A stretch of DNA of 64,000 nucleotides from Basidiobolus meristosporus CBS 931.73. Lineage: Eukaryota; Fungi; Basidiobolomycota. The notes below the pieces were generated by a model, which saw only the letters and a list, made by a program, of their open reading frames with translations, was not told the DNA's origin and did no database searches. Shown in pieces: positions 37,668 through 48,898 of the stretch (positions within the stretch are counted from its first letter, which is position 1; each line of letters starts with the position of its first letter). A program made the translations under genes and the position numbers. Where the stretch lies: contig MCFE01000041.1 in NCBI GenBank assembly GCA_002104905.1, forward strand, positions 138,279 to 202,278. The letters run 5' to 3'.

Positions 37668-39123
37668 TTCTTGCTCATGCTGAGTGGAAGCATTTGTTAA
37701 CGATAAGTTGCTCGCTTTCTGTCATGTACCTGGAATTGGTGTAGCATTGGAATCTCTAGAATAGAGGTCACTATGTATAGTCTTAGCTTTCGGAGGTATG
37801 GCCTAGTGTTGCTTGGTCTAGCAATATCGGCGAATTCAAATGCCCTTTCATTGTTTGCCGTGCTAGGAAAGCACCAAACTGTGCCAGCGTATCAGTTAAG
37901 GGGTCTAACACGGTCAAGTTATGGTCCCAGATCTGCATAAATAGTTATGTGGTAATGAAACTACAGTGCCCACCCAATGCAGTGATGCGACACACGATGT
38001 AGGTCTCAACTAGATGACAGAGCGTTTTATTTATTGCCTTATCAGATCTCCTGTCTCGGTTGGAAAATAAGGAACATCATGCTTGACAACGAAGTGAAGC
38101 GGATTCTTTTGATATCCCCCTACCAGGATACAAGCCAATACCGCCATTGTCATATCTATATCAGCCCTGTAGGCTTTCTAACAGTCCAAAGGAAAACGCC
38201 TTTCCAGGACATGCTGTGGCTTAGAGTTGTAGTGGTGAGGAAATAGAGGTTGATGGATCAATGGTAGGACCTGCCTAATATAGTTAGAGTGATTAGAAAA
38301 AAGATGCGCTAGAGTATGACAAATAGATCCGGGGCTACTTCTAGTGCTTTGAAATAGCCATGGCAAGCAAACCACTAAGAACTACCTTAAGCAGAGCATC
38401 AGCCCTGGGAAAATTTTGGTCTTGTCAGCCGTTCCCCCCTGTTAATTGGGCATACAGTGGCGCTTTCAGACGTCAAACTTTCGTACAGAGCATGTATCTG
38501 AGCAGAGTATTAATTGCTACAGAGAAAAATAGAGAACAAGCAGCATCATCAGCCAAATTTCGGAAACATCGGCTGCATGGATGACTAAATACGATGGGAG
38601 TTCAATCGCTCGGATGCATCTGCTTTCACATGGGTTTGTTTATGCCAAACAATCGTTCGTGATCCGAAGGATTCGCCAGCATCCTATCGCAGTGCCGCCA
38701 ATCATGGTCTGCATATGGGAGCTTACCAAGAGAGATCTTGCTTGGCAGATCATTCGATCTTCAACAGGGTGAAGTGGTGCTTGATTCGGCGAACACCCTT
38801 TCGCTGCCCAAGTGCTTCATCTGCTACCGCTTGACACCACAAAACCCATCCTTCTGCGCTGTCCGTTATCAGTCGTGACTGCGTTAACCAGGAACCAGTA
38901 TAGACCTCTTTGTTGAACTCAGCAGGATATGCGAATCGCAAAACCCAAATCCCTTTGGGTGACGTCATGTTTCAGACTGACTAACTGAAACCAGAGGCGG
39001 CTAGGGTGTTGGTGAGCAACATGTGATCCAAGGAACTGTCCCAAAATGATCGAGGAGTCAGAGAAATAAAAGGATGATTAGCACCCATCCAAGAGAGCAT
39101 ATCCATCGTCATCTATATCCACT

Positions 39124-40761
39124 ATGCGCCAAACCTCAATCGCGGGCGTCTCTATCCTTGCTCCAGTCAAGGCCTACCAGGCAGAGATCTTGACTGATGA
39201 AGCACTCAGTTTTGTAAGCGTGCTCCATCGTACTTTTAATTCCACTCGACTTGCCCTACTGAAACGCCGTGAGGAGCGTCAGAAAGAGCTCGACAATGGA
39301 GTCCTACCGGACTTCCTTCCCGAAACCACCTACATTCGCAACGATCCTAACTGGCGAGCTGCCCGGCCCGGTCCTGGTCTGGAGGATCGGAGGGTTGAGA
39401 TCACTGGTCCAGTCGATAGAAAAATGGTCATCAATGCTCTGAACTCTGGGGCGAAGACATTTATGGCTGACTTTGAGGACTCATCGGCACCAACTTGGGA
39501 TACGCTTATTGACGGCCAAATAAACATGCGGGACGCACTACGACGAACAATCACATTCACCGCCCCCAACGGGAAATACTACAAACTTCGCGAAGATGGC
39601 AAGGTAGCTACGCTGATTGTTCGTCCTCGTGGCTGGCATATGGAGGAAAAGCATCTACTGATTGACGGGCAGCCTTGCTCGGCTTCCATTTTTGACTTTG
39701 CTCTGTATTTCTTCCATAACGCACGGAAGTCAATAGAGATCGGGGCTGGGCCATACTTTTACCTTCCAAAGATGGAGTCTCATCTTGAAGCACGGCTCTG
39801 GAATGATGTGTTCAACGCGGCACAGGACATGCTTTCAATTCCACGTGGTACTATCCGAGGTACCGTTCTCATTGAGACTATCCTTGCCGCATTTGAGATG
39901 GACGAGATCATCTATGAGCTCCGGGAGCACTCCAGTGGGCTAAACTGTGGGCGCTGGGATTATATCTTCTCTTTCATCAAGAAGTTCCGTCAACACCGTA
40001 AATTTGTTCTCCCTGATCGCTCAGATGTGACAATGACTTCACCATTCATGGATGCTTATGTTAGATTGTTGATCAAGACCTGCCACAAACGTGGAGTCCA
40101 TGCTATGGGCGGCATGGCTGCTAACATACCTATCAAGAACAACCCCCAAGCTAACGAGGCAGCGATGCAAAAGGTTCGAAATGACAAGTTGCGGGAGGTT
40201 AAGGCTGGCCACGATGGGACTTGGGTTGCTCATCCGGACCTTGTCAAGATTGCGCTTGGTATCTTCAATGAGCATATGGTCACCCCCAACCAGATTCACC
40301 TTCGTCGTGACGAGGTTGAGGTAACTGCTGCCGATTTGCTTAACAACAATATAGAGGGAGGAAAGATCACCGAGAATGGAATACGCAGCAATATATCTGT
40401 AGGCCTGGCATACACAGAAGCCTGGCTTCGGGGTCTGGGCTGCGTTCCGATCCATAATCTCATGGAGGATGCTGCCACTGCAGAAATCTCTCGATCCCAG
40501 TTGTGGCAATGGGCGAAGCATCAGGTTCAGACGGCAGAAGGGAAGAAAGTGACTCAACAATGGCTATTGCAGCTGTTGGATGAGGAGACGGACTCTTTGA
40601 AAAAACAACTGGGGAACAAGTACGGTAGCTATAAATTTGATCTTGCCAAGAAATATATGGCTGGACAGGTGACCGGAAAAGACTCGGATTATGCCGATTT
40701 CTTGACTACATTGATTTACGATGAAATCACCTCCTTGCCAAACAGCAGATCTAGACTTTAA
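39124..40761 (+). CDS. MLS1: Malate synthase A (glyoxylate cycle), intronless, PTS1 -SRL
   Basis: 545-aa ORF with [78 protein letters not shown] and [14 protein letters not shown]. Ends RSRL. Confidence 0.98.
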   Translation: MRQTSIAGVSILAPVKAYQAEILTDEALSFVSVLHRTFNSTRLALLKRREERQKELDNGVLPDFLPETTYIRNDPNWRAARPGPGLEDRRVEITGPVDRKMVINALNSGAKTFMADFEDSSAPTWDTLIDGQINMRDALRRTITFTAPNGKYYKLREDGKVATLIVRPRGWHMEEKHLLIDGQPCSASIFDFALYFFHNARKSIEIGAGPYFYLPKMESHLEARLWNDVFNAAQDMLSIPRGTIRGTVLIETILAAFEMDEIIYELREHSSGLNCGRWDYIFSFIKKFRQHRKFVLPDRSDVTMTSPFMDAYVRLLIKTCHKRGVHAMGGMAANIPIKNNPQANEAAMQKVRNDKLREVKAGHDGTWVAHPDLVKIALGIFNEHMVTPNQIHLRRDEVEVTAADLLNNNIEGGKITENGIRSNISVGLAYTEAWLRGLGCVPIHNLMEDAATAEISRSQLWQWAKHQVQTAEGKKVTQQWLLQLLDEETDSLKKQLGNKYGSYKFDLAKKYMAGQVTGKDSDYADFLTTLIYDEITSLPNSRSRL

Positions 40762-41771
40762 TCCCCTCCTACCACTTTCCCGCCATTATAGTCAAGACAA
40801 TTTGATGAATAAACCCAACACGCTTGCTGCATGTTGACAATCTGTCCAAGCTCATAGTAGAGATAGAGGATGTTCGGTTCTCATTACGTAAATGCATTAG
40901 AGTGACGCGCTCAGAGCATTCTGTGTTTATGTCGAGTTTGACATTTGATTTGTTACGTATGGTGGCATCGTATGCTCACTGGGAACCAAGCGAAGGGCGG
41001 AGGAGATCATTCTCAATTAGTGGAGTATATAATTGCAACATGAATTCGAGTCAGCCATGGGACCGTATGGGGCACTATGGCACCTAATCGAAGCAAGGCC
41101 GCTTTATCCCTGGAAATAGGTCATATGAACAACTTCTGATGTGGATTGATCAGGCCAGTTTACAAGCTGTGCAGTATCTTAATTAGATAGACTCCCAAAC
41201 GCCCTACTGTTTGGACCCTGCAATGGCTAGCACAATATCGCCTTATTACTCTTCAGGCCATAGATGTAATTCATCAGAACGCCACGAGTTCATCACTATC
41301 CATGAGGGCTTTCTTTTGCTCAAAAGGGATGTACAAGATGTGATTAATCTCTACAAGCTGGGCGTGCCATCCGAGAAATCGCGGACTATTGATACGGTCT
41401 GGTATTGAGGATCGAATCGTCAGGCCAGATGGTTGGCCAATATGGTACACTATGTTGCCAAAATGGCGACTACACCCTAATGGTCGAAAATTATTTGCTT
41501 GTCGGCGATATTGAGATTTCTAGAAATTCTGAGGGAGTTAGAATCTAGAAGATGGCTACCAAACCTTAGTGGTCAATTTGTACCAAGTGATCAGGTCAAT
41601 ATTGTTTATCCCATTGCTCTTGGTAGCTTTCATGATCTTTGATTGGTTTAACTGGGTGCTATCTTCAAGATGGATTCGCTACTGTGATGATCGCAAGTGG
41701 AAATTAATTCACATTATTTTTCTGTTTCGTCCCGCTCGACCTTTTGTCACCTAACCTACACCTTTGGAAAG

Positions 41772-42820
41772 ATGTCGAAACCCGAACAGAACATCTTCTT
41801 GTTTGTACCCAATCTTATTGGTATGTGTACTACTTCAAACCTCCATTCTATGGAGATACTGAACTTATTGCGATTCCTCCTTACACATCTCAGGTTACTC
41901 GCGAGTAATTTTGGCTGCGATCGCTCTCTATTATATGCCAGAGGCACCCGTTTTCTGTGTCGCTCTATATTCTCTCTCTTGTCTACTCGATGCTGTTGAT
42001 GGTCATGCTGCTAGATACTTCAACCAATGTGAGTTTTATCGGATAGGTGGTCTACCTCCGAAATAGGAACTCGTACTTAATGGCTATGTTTGTATTTAGG
42101 TAGCAAGTTCGGAGCCGTACTTGACATGGTTACCGACAGGTATACTTTAGTTGAACATTTCTGTTTAGCGCGCTTCCTGACTCTTTTCCACAGATGCACT
42201 ACCACCTGTCTTATGTGCTATTTAGCACAAGTGTACCCTTCCTGGTCCCTCTTTTTCCAATTCCTTATCTCTCTGGATCTCAGTAGTCATTACATGCATA
42301 TGTACAGGTATCTGCTTGCTTTTCATAATCAAGACCTCGAGACAAATACTCAACACCTTGCTTAGCTCACTTTCTTCAGGTGTCTCTTCCCATAAGGTCA
42401 TTTCCAAGAAGCAAAACTTCATCCTCCGAGCTTACTACTCGAATAACGTAAGTATTTTCGGTGCTGGCGTGACATTGAGGCGGACACTCAATTTTGCCTC
42501 ATAAAGCTTGTTCTCTTCTCCTTCTGCGCTGGCAATGAGCTGTTTTTCATCCTGCTCTATATCCTTGCATTCAACACCGGCCCAGAAGGTATGCGAAAGA
42601 CGTGTAGATGGAAAAATATGGATGGCACTTACTTACCCTCGTTGTCTTAGTTTTCAGCATCGCTGGCTACTCCGTTTGTTTGGTTCATATATTGACTTTC
42701 TTGACCTTCCCTATATGCGCCATCAAACAGATCATCAACTGCATTCAATTTGGAGGTGCCGCCAAGACGCTTGCAAGAATAGATATTGAGGAACGTCAGA
42801 AGGCGCTCAAGAAGAATTGA
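41772..42820 (+). CDS. PIS1: CDP-diacylglycerol--inositol 3-phosphatidyltransferase (PI synthase), 7 exons
   Basis: Spliced: NIFLFVPNLIGYSRVILA..SCLLDAVDGHAARYFNQCSKFGAVLDMVTDRCTT (CDP-alcohol phosphotransferase motif)..SLDLSSHYMHMY..FCAGNELFF..FPICAIKQIINCIQ. Confidence 0.95.
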
Positions 42821-43097
42821 CTTTGACCTTCCTCAAAAAGAAACCGAATTTTGTTCCACGTTTAGTTGCACAGTGGCTTGGTTTCCAAACTAGTATCAAC
42901 AGGAACAATAGCTCCTCCATCTGTGTGCATCGGATCCTTGGTTACTTGGACCATGCAAGTCGACTGCTTGGTTTGCATTTTTTATTCTGCTTTTATTAGA
43001 GTTTCTATTTTCCACCATGATATACATCCTTTTTAATAAAATTCCATGTGATACACGAGGCATTTCTATGTGGGCGTATGCGTGGTTCATCTAAATA

Positions 43098-43895
43098 TCA
43101 GAGATGTGCTGGTGCTTGCCTAATCCACTGAAGAATGGTATTTGATAGCTCTTTTTGCTCTTTTTCCGAGTTGAAGAAGTGAGTGGCTCCCTTTTGGATA
43201 ACCAATTCATGGTATGGCTCCGGGCCAAGTAACTTGTGATACTCATAGGCCTCTTCTACAGGGACCACTTTATCCAAATCCCCGTGGACAGTTAGGTATC
43301 GGATCTTGGACCTGGGAACCAGCTTCGCTTTAGCCATGTCAGTGTCAGCTCTTTCTTGCAGGTCCTCTTTTGAAATGATATACTCCCTCTCCATATCATT
43401 TCCAAATCTCTTCCATACAAACCAGCCCTGGGTCTCCAGAAGGGATAGATTATCCGGGCCGAACCGACGAACGGGTGTTCGCCCAAGAAAGTAGCGTGCA
43501 CTGACATTGACGATCAGGGAGACGTCGTTATATTTAGAGCCGTACAGTAAAACTACCGAGCCTCCTTTCGAGTGGCCGATGATGCAGTTGACGTTAAATT
43601 TGCGCACGTTCCTTGCATACTCAATCACCGCCCGTAGATCTTCCACTTCTTCATAATAGTTCCCATACTTGGTACGCCCGTCACTATCTCCATTTCCCCG
43701 AAAATCAAACCTCAGCGTGGAGTAAGGTAGCAGCTGGCTGAGGCTGTTCACCGCATTGGAGCGCCTCGTATCCAGCATCCCGTGGCATATGACGATGACT
43801 TCATCACTTGATTTGTAGTTTAGTGTGGCACCCAACGAAAGTCCCTCAGAGGTAGTGATAGTCAATTCTTCGGTGAAGTTAGAACAGGCAGCCAT
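43098..43895 (-). CDS. Alpha/beta-fold serine hydrolase (265 aa), intronless, ends in PTS1-like -AHL
   Basis: VICHGM oxyanion region, LRFDFRGNGDSDG, nucleophile motif GHSKGG, TVHGDLDKVVP (Asp) and ATHFF (His) give a complete catalytic triad. Confidence 0.9.
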   Translation of the reverse strand: MAACSNFTEELTITTSEGLSLGATLNYKSSDEVIVICHGMLDTRRSNAVNSLSQLLPYSTLRFDFRGNGDSDGRTKYGNYYEEVEDLRAVIEYARNVRKFNVNCIIGHSKGGSVVLLYGSKYNDVSLIVNVSARYFLGRTPVRRFGPDNLSLLETQGWFVWKRFGNDMEREYIISKEDLQERADTDMAKAKLVPRSKIRYLTVHGDLDKVVPVEEAYEYHKLLGPEPYHELVIQKGATHFFNSEKEQKELSNTILQWIRQAPAHL

Positions 43896-44290
43896 GTTGA
43901 TAAATTAATTAGGGGTCCTGAGGAATCGCACAACAGTACCACTGCAGAAACTCTGATAAATCCGATGCGAGTCTCCGCAGCAAGGGAGATTTGGGGTGAA
44001 GTAGATTAAAATGGGGAACGGTGGGTAATTGTGTAGGTCGGCTATAAAAGGATGTTGTGTTTGGGAAGGAGGGAATTTTCTCACTACTCCGGTGAAAAAA
44101 TAAACCTCAGGCGAACAGCACAAGAGTGAATTGTTACTCTATCAACTTGGTATAATAAAATCCTGGTTCCCACGTAGAGTAGTGTGACCTGACAGTTTGA
44201 CTTGAAGGACTTTTTGAATTTGGTGCTCCTCTGCATTCGCGCTATTCACTTTTGTACATTTGGTTCATATTCTTCCTAAAAGAGTACACG
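43896..44290. promoter_or_regulatory. Short head-to-head (candidate bidirectional) promoter between hydrolase and TFIIB
   Basis: 395 bp separate the two divergent start codons. TATAAAAG lies at ~44044 on the + strand. Confidence 0.4.
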
Positions 44291-45274
44291 ATGACCAGTC
44301 CAGTAACAGCGCAACGTCCACTACCTGGCCAGCCTCAACCAGATCTGAATGTGAAAGTTATGTGCAAAGAATGTAAAAACCCTGTTCCTAATATTGTAGA
44401 AGAGTTTGCATCTGGAGACCTAGTGTGTGGCGATTGTGGTCTTGTATTGGGAGATCGTATTATAGATACCCGCTCAGAATGGCGTACTTTCGCTAACGAT
44501 GACGGTGACGATCCTTCTCGTGTTGGTGCAGCGGCCAATCCTTTGTTAAGCGGTTCACAGCTCGACACAGTCATCTCCAAAACCGACGGGGGCTCAGGAA
44601 CAGCAAGGGACCTCAGTAAAATTCAAGGTCGTTCGTCAGCGGTCAAGGGTGAACGAAATCTGGTACAAGCATACAAGGAGATCTCTGCAATGTGCGACGC
44701 TATTGGCCTCCCTAAGCTTATTGGAGATATAGCCAAGCAGCTCTACAAGCGTGTTGAAGATGAGAAGTTGTTACGTGGCAAACCAAATGAAAGCATCATA
44801 GCCGCCTGTATCTTCATTGCCTGCCGTCAAGAAAATGTTCCTAGAACATTCAAAGAGATTTGTGCGCTGACCCAGGTTCCCAAGAAGGAGATTGGCCGTT
44901 GCTTTAAGGCACTGGCTCGTGTCCTGGAGACGAATGTCAACACCATGGGAAGTGAAGACCTGATGTCTCGTTTCTGTTCAAACTTGAGCTTGCCTATGGA
45001 GGTCCAGAAAGCTGCAGTTGATCTAACAAAGAAGGCCAAGGAAGTGGGCACTTTGGCTGGTAAAAGCCCAGTGTCCATAGCTGCAGCCTGTATATATCTG
45101 ATATCGAACCTCTACCAAATTCCAAAAACCACCAGGGACATTGCTCCAGTTACTGGTGTTTCGGAGGTCACCATCAAGAATGCGTACAGGTATTTGTACA
45201 ATGCGAAGGAGCAGCTGATCGATTTGAGTACCTCCAAGTCCAACATTTCGTTTGAGAGTTTACCGCATCCTTAG
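44291..45274 (+). CDS. SUA7: General transcription factor IIB, intronless
   Basis: Zn ribbon CKECKNPVPNIVEEFASGDLVCGDCGLV, B-reader IDTRSEWRTF and DPSRVG, and two cyclin folds (ACRQENVPRTFKE; GKSPVSIAAACIY). The ATG at 44291 is the likely start; the ORF track starts upstream at a non-ATG codon. Confidence 0.97.
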   Translation: MTSPVTAQRPLPGQPQPDLNVKVMCKECKNPVPNIVEEFASGDLVCGDCGLVLGDRIIDTRSEWRTFANDDGDDPSRVGAAANPLLSGSQLDTVISKTDGGSGTARDLSKIQGRSSAVKGERNLVQAYKEISAMCDAIGLPKLIGDIAKQLYKRVEDEKLLRGKPNESIIAACIFIACRQENVPRTFKEICALTQVPKKEIGRCFKALARVLETNVNTMGSEDLMSRFCSNLSLPMEVQKAAVDLTKKAKEVGTLAGKSPVSIAAACIYLISNLYQIPKTTRDIAPVTGVSEVTIKNAYRYLYNAKEQLIDLSTSKSNISFESLPHP

Positions 45275-46283
45275 AGTGGCTCAAGGGCTAAAGTTACAAA
45301 TCAAAGATCCTTATTAAGCAAGTGCTGTTGCGTCCAGATAGTCCATAGCTTCTTCATACCGAGCTTCTCAAATTTATTCATATACCAAGTTCATAATACT
45401 ATCCATTTATCTTCTACAAGCCCTACATTTTTGTGTTGGCGGTCGTATCAGTACATCTATATTAATTGTTGCAACAAGTAGAGCGAGGTTGACTGTCCAT
45501 AGCAACGCCATACTTATTCCTATCCCTCTTTGGAAATAAAGCTTCTGAAAACCACTCGGAATTGATGGTTATGATGGGTAGCCAGAGGTGAAGAACGACG
45601 ACCCTTGTAAATATGACGGGATGGCAATAGAGCACTGCAGACTTGGCCGATCAAAATAGCATTGCACCAGTACTGGAAGAGCCATATGGTAGCCTGCTTG
45701 ATATATTATCTCACCCTTCGTAGATGTGCTGCCACGGTTACATGAGCTGTATCTTGGAATTTTTGTTATGCCCCCAGGGTAGGCTCCGAAAATCCTATAC
45801 AACAGCGTTTCTTCCGAACATTGTGTCCGAACCCTCATTCAATATTGCATCCATTAGTCAAGCTTCTAACACTTGACTGTTTCGTTGATTGCTGCAAAAT
45901 CGATGTCAGGGGACTGCGGAAATCAGTGACGTTTCAACAACAGCAGCACGCTGCTTTTGGTAAACCTCAAAATGTTGGATGATTACTAAGGTGATTAACT
46001 ACTACCAATTTAGATTGATTCACCATTTCAGGATCGGAAAACTAGTCCAATGGCTAGCTGTGTGCTTAGCCAGAATCTCATTGAGTACACACCATAGCAT
46101 CATTTGATCCCCAATGGATTCACATTAACTGAATTGTGACTTCCCCTGGTTTCTAGCGTTCTACTTTCCTTCAAGACAACTTTCTCAGTTCACCTGCGCT
46201 TCATACCAAAGAAAACTATCCTCACCAGAATACGCTTTACCTAATAGTTGCGAAGCCTGTTTTCTTCTATATCTTGCCTAGCC

Positions 46284-48225
46284 ATGGAGAGCCCTGAGCA
46301 TCGCGCCGTCCTAAACCTTCCAATTCGTCCCTCTAATCACATTGGGAAGTTCGTCCTAGGTACCGCTTTACGCTATCGATATCTTCGAAACCACAAGCAC
46401 TTAATGTCTGTAATTAGGTATGCCTATAGGAGACACTATCAACATTCTAAAAGCCGATCCTGTGCAAGTACCCAAAGTAGAATTCAAATATTATGATGAA
46501 GTAAGTTCTCCATATTCCTGGCTCAAAAGAGAATAATCTTCTGTATTTAACGGCTGTCAGAAACCTTTAGAGCAAGACCTAGTCTTGAATTTAGTAGATA
46601 ACGGTATATGTTTGAGATTCGATCCTTTTTCACAAAGGTTGAAATGTGTATTGCTATACAAGATGGGGGAAGTGCGACTGTCATATGAGGAGCATGATTT
46701 CAAGTAGGTGACCGTTTTCCAAAGGCGTTTGGCTCCCGGGAAATTGACAAATTTGGAATGTTATGTAGCTCCAGAATAACCGTACCTACCTTTCTCCTGG
46801 TCTACAAACTATTTGGGTAAGTTAGTCAACAGTCTACACGCTCTGAGTGTGTCCTAAAGCTTCTTTATAAATGTAGCCCGACTCATCCTGGGGAATTTGA
46901 TGAGAAACGATCAGAATATACCCTCCACTACCCTGTAAGGCCCAAATCTGCTTAATTTCCGGTATTTGGCTAATGCCCTGTGCTTTGCTAGGGCGTGTCC
47001 TTTGTGTTTCCGATCCCAGAGAAGCACAAACACTTATATACTGATGGAGGTTAGAAGCACCGCCACCTTCTGCTTCAACAGAGTGCTAATTTATTGAGAT
47101 CCTTAGATATGGCCATGGAGTTCCCAGACGGTACTACTCCTGTATGCAATCGAGTTTATGTATACTATGGCCCTAGCTGGCAAGAGGCATTCCCTCCACC
47201 TCTTCCGATAGGCCTAAACCCTGAAAGCAAAAACGCTATTGTAGTTGACTGTGTCTTGATCGACGTAAGTACTTCACTAATCTCTTCTTACCACACGGCG
47301 TACTCATCAGTCTGGACAGCTGAACAAGCGCATACTGCTTCACCACCCCGGCGGGCGCAAAACCAGAATCGAGTTCTATGTTACATCTGCGCAGGATGTG
47401 ATCACTGACCTGGGCCAGCCTAATGAAATCTTCTATAAAGAGGAGGATAAGATGAGGATCCACTCACGGTCCGAGGCTGGCAAGAATGTCGATTCTGGCG
47501 GTTTCGGGGGAATCACCGGTATGCCATTTGTCGGTGCAACGAGAATGGCCACCAACTAACACGGTTGTGTAGATGACTCACCCAACGATTACTTCTACAA
47601 CTATTTCCAACACGGGTTTGACCTATTATTCGACGCGGTGACCCATCGTTGCAAGAAGATCGTCCTACACTGCAATTTCCCGGGTCATTTTGATTTCGGC
47701 AAGTCGGTATTCTTTAATGTACATTGTAGACTGGCAATTACCTAAATCTCTGACCCTCGCTAATGGATAGGTATCGGAAGTGTCCATTCAAGTTGCTTTC
47801 GCATCAGAGTAAGAAGCAGGCTAAATCCCAACAACTTGGTTCGATTACTCACAGCAATTGCAATATTTAGTTTCAGAGTGCGAAGCCCTCGAAGACTTGC
47901 CCTCAGAGTCAGATATTATAGTCCCGGACAGCACCGTAATTACTACTCTCATCGCCCCGCACGACAGTCCATGTTGCTAACATCTTTGTATCGCAGTGGG
48001 AAGATATTCAAAAAATCTACGGCAAACCGGATTCCCGACCGGTAATTTTTACCCGTGGGCCGAGCGGGCAGAACCCTTTTGGATCTACCGAGCTGAACGG
48101 ATATGATGATGGAATGGTGTTTGAAGTAATGTGCCATTGGAATATAGCCTAGATTCGCATCTTATTTACAGTGGTTGCTTTAGGTTATGAAGAACAATCA
48201 CATAGCAACAATGATCATTTTTTAG
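46284..48225 (+). CDS. PHAF1/UPF0183 (C16orf70-like) protein, multi-exon
   Basis: Spliced: FVLGMPIGDTINIL..KPLEQDLVLNLVDNGICLRFDPFSQRLK..FGPTHPGEFD..HYPGVSFVFPIP..EFPDGTTPV..DDYFYNYFQHGFDLLFDAVTHRCKKIVLHCNFPGHFDF..QNPFGSTELNGYDDGMVFEVMKNNHIATMIIF*. This matches the remembered UPF0183 family pattern. Confidence 0.85.
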
Positions 48226-48898
48226 GCAACCCTGCACCGGTAGCCATGCCAATGCTTCTACTAGTCGCAGCCTCCCTCAGATACTTTCGATCCTCTGTAC
48301 CCGCTCTTTTGGGAGCTTATTGACATATAGTATGTGTATTTCATCGGAACCTTGAAGCATCTCGAATACTCGGATCTTTGTCGATACGAAGAGTTGCCCG
48401 ATTGGAGGCTATAACTACACAAATCTTGTGTCAAAGCACTCACATCCTAGGGTAGAAGCAACGTTCTAATATTTCTATATATTAATGAATCACTTTTAGT
48501 AAACCAGAAATCCTTGATGTTATCTGATCAACCATATTTAGCTTGTAGGGTTAGGGTTGGGGGTGTGATGTTCTGGTGGGTGTGTATTTTAATGGGGCAC
48601 TATTACGACTTCACCTGCAAATCAATTCTGATTCTAGCGTAAAAGGAAGCTTGGATTGTGATGATAGCATTCCCTTCAGTTTCCAGTCATTTCGTACGAT
48701 AAAAATCTTTAGAAAAAAAGCAAGCATCGGCTGTTAATAGTTAGACTGTTTGCTAAAATCTTCTGCTTGTATTTCCCAGTCGAGTTACACCATAACACTC
48801 CCGCGGTCAACTCTTCGATATTAACTTGAGCCGACACAAGCCTTACACCCCTGATTCCCGCCTGAATTCGTTAATTTTTTTCTATCTTGTTTGAAGTC

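Noticed and set aside
37790-37850. tRNA-like words (GGTATGGCCTAGTG, TTGGTCTAG, GAATTCAAATGCCC)
   Set aside because: Spacing and stems do not form a cloverleaf; at most a decayed SINE or tRNA fragment.
40039-40560. 173-aa minus-strand ORF
   Set aside because: Antisense to malate synthase.
48546-48563. TAGGGTTAGGGTTGGGG telomere-like word (and the TAGGGC repeat at 7731-7757)
   Set aside because: Only 2-4 units, internal, with no subtelomeric context; insufficient to call an interstitial telomere.
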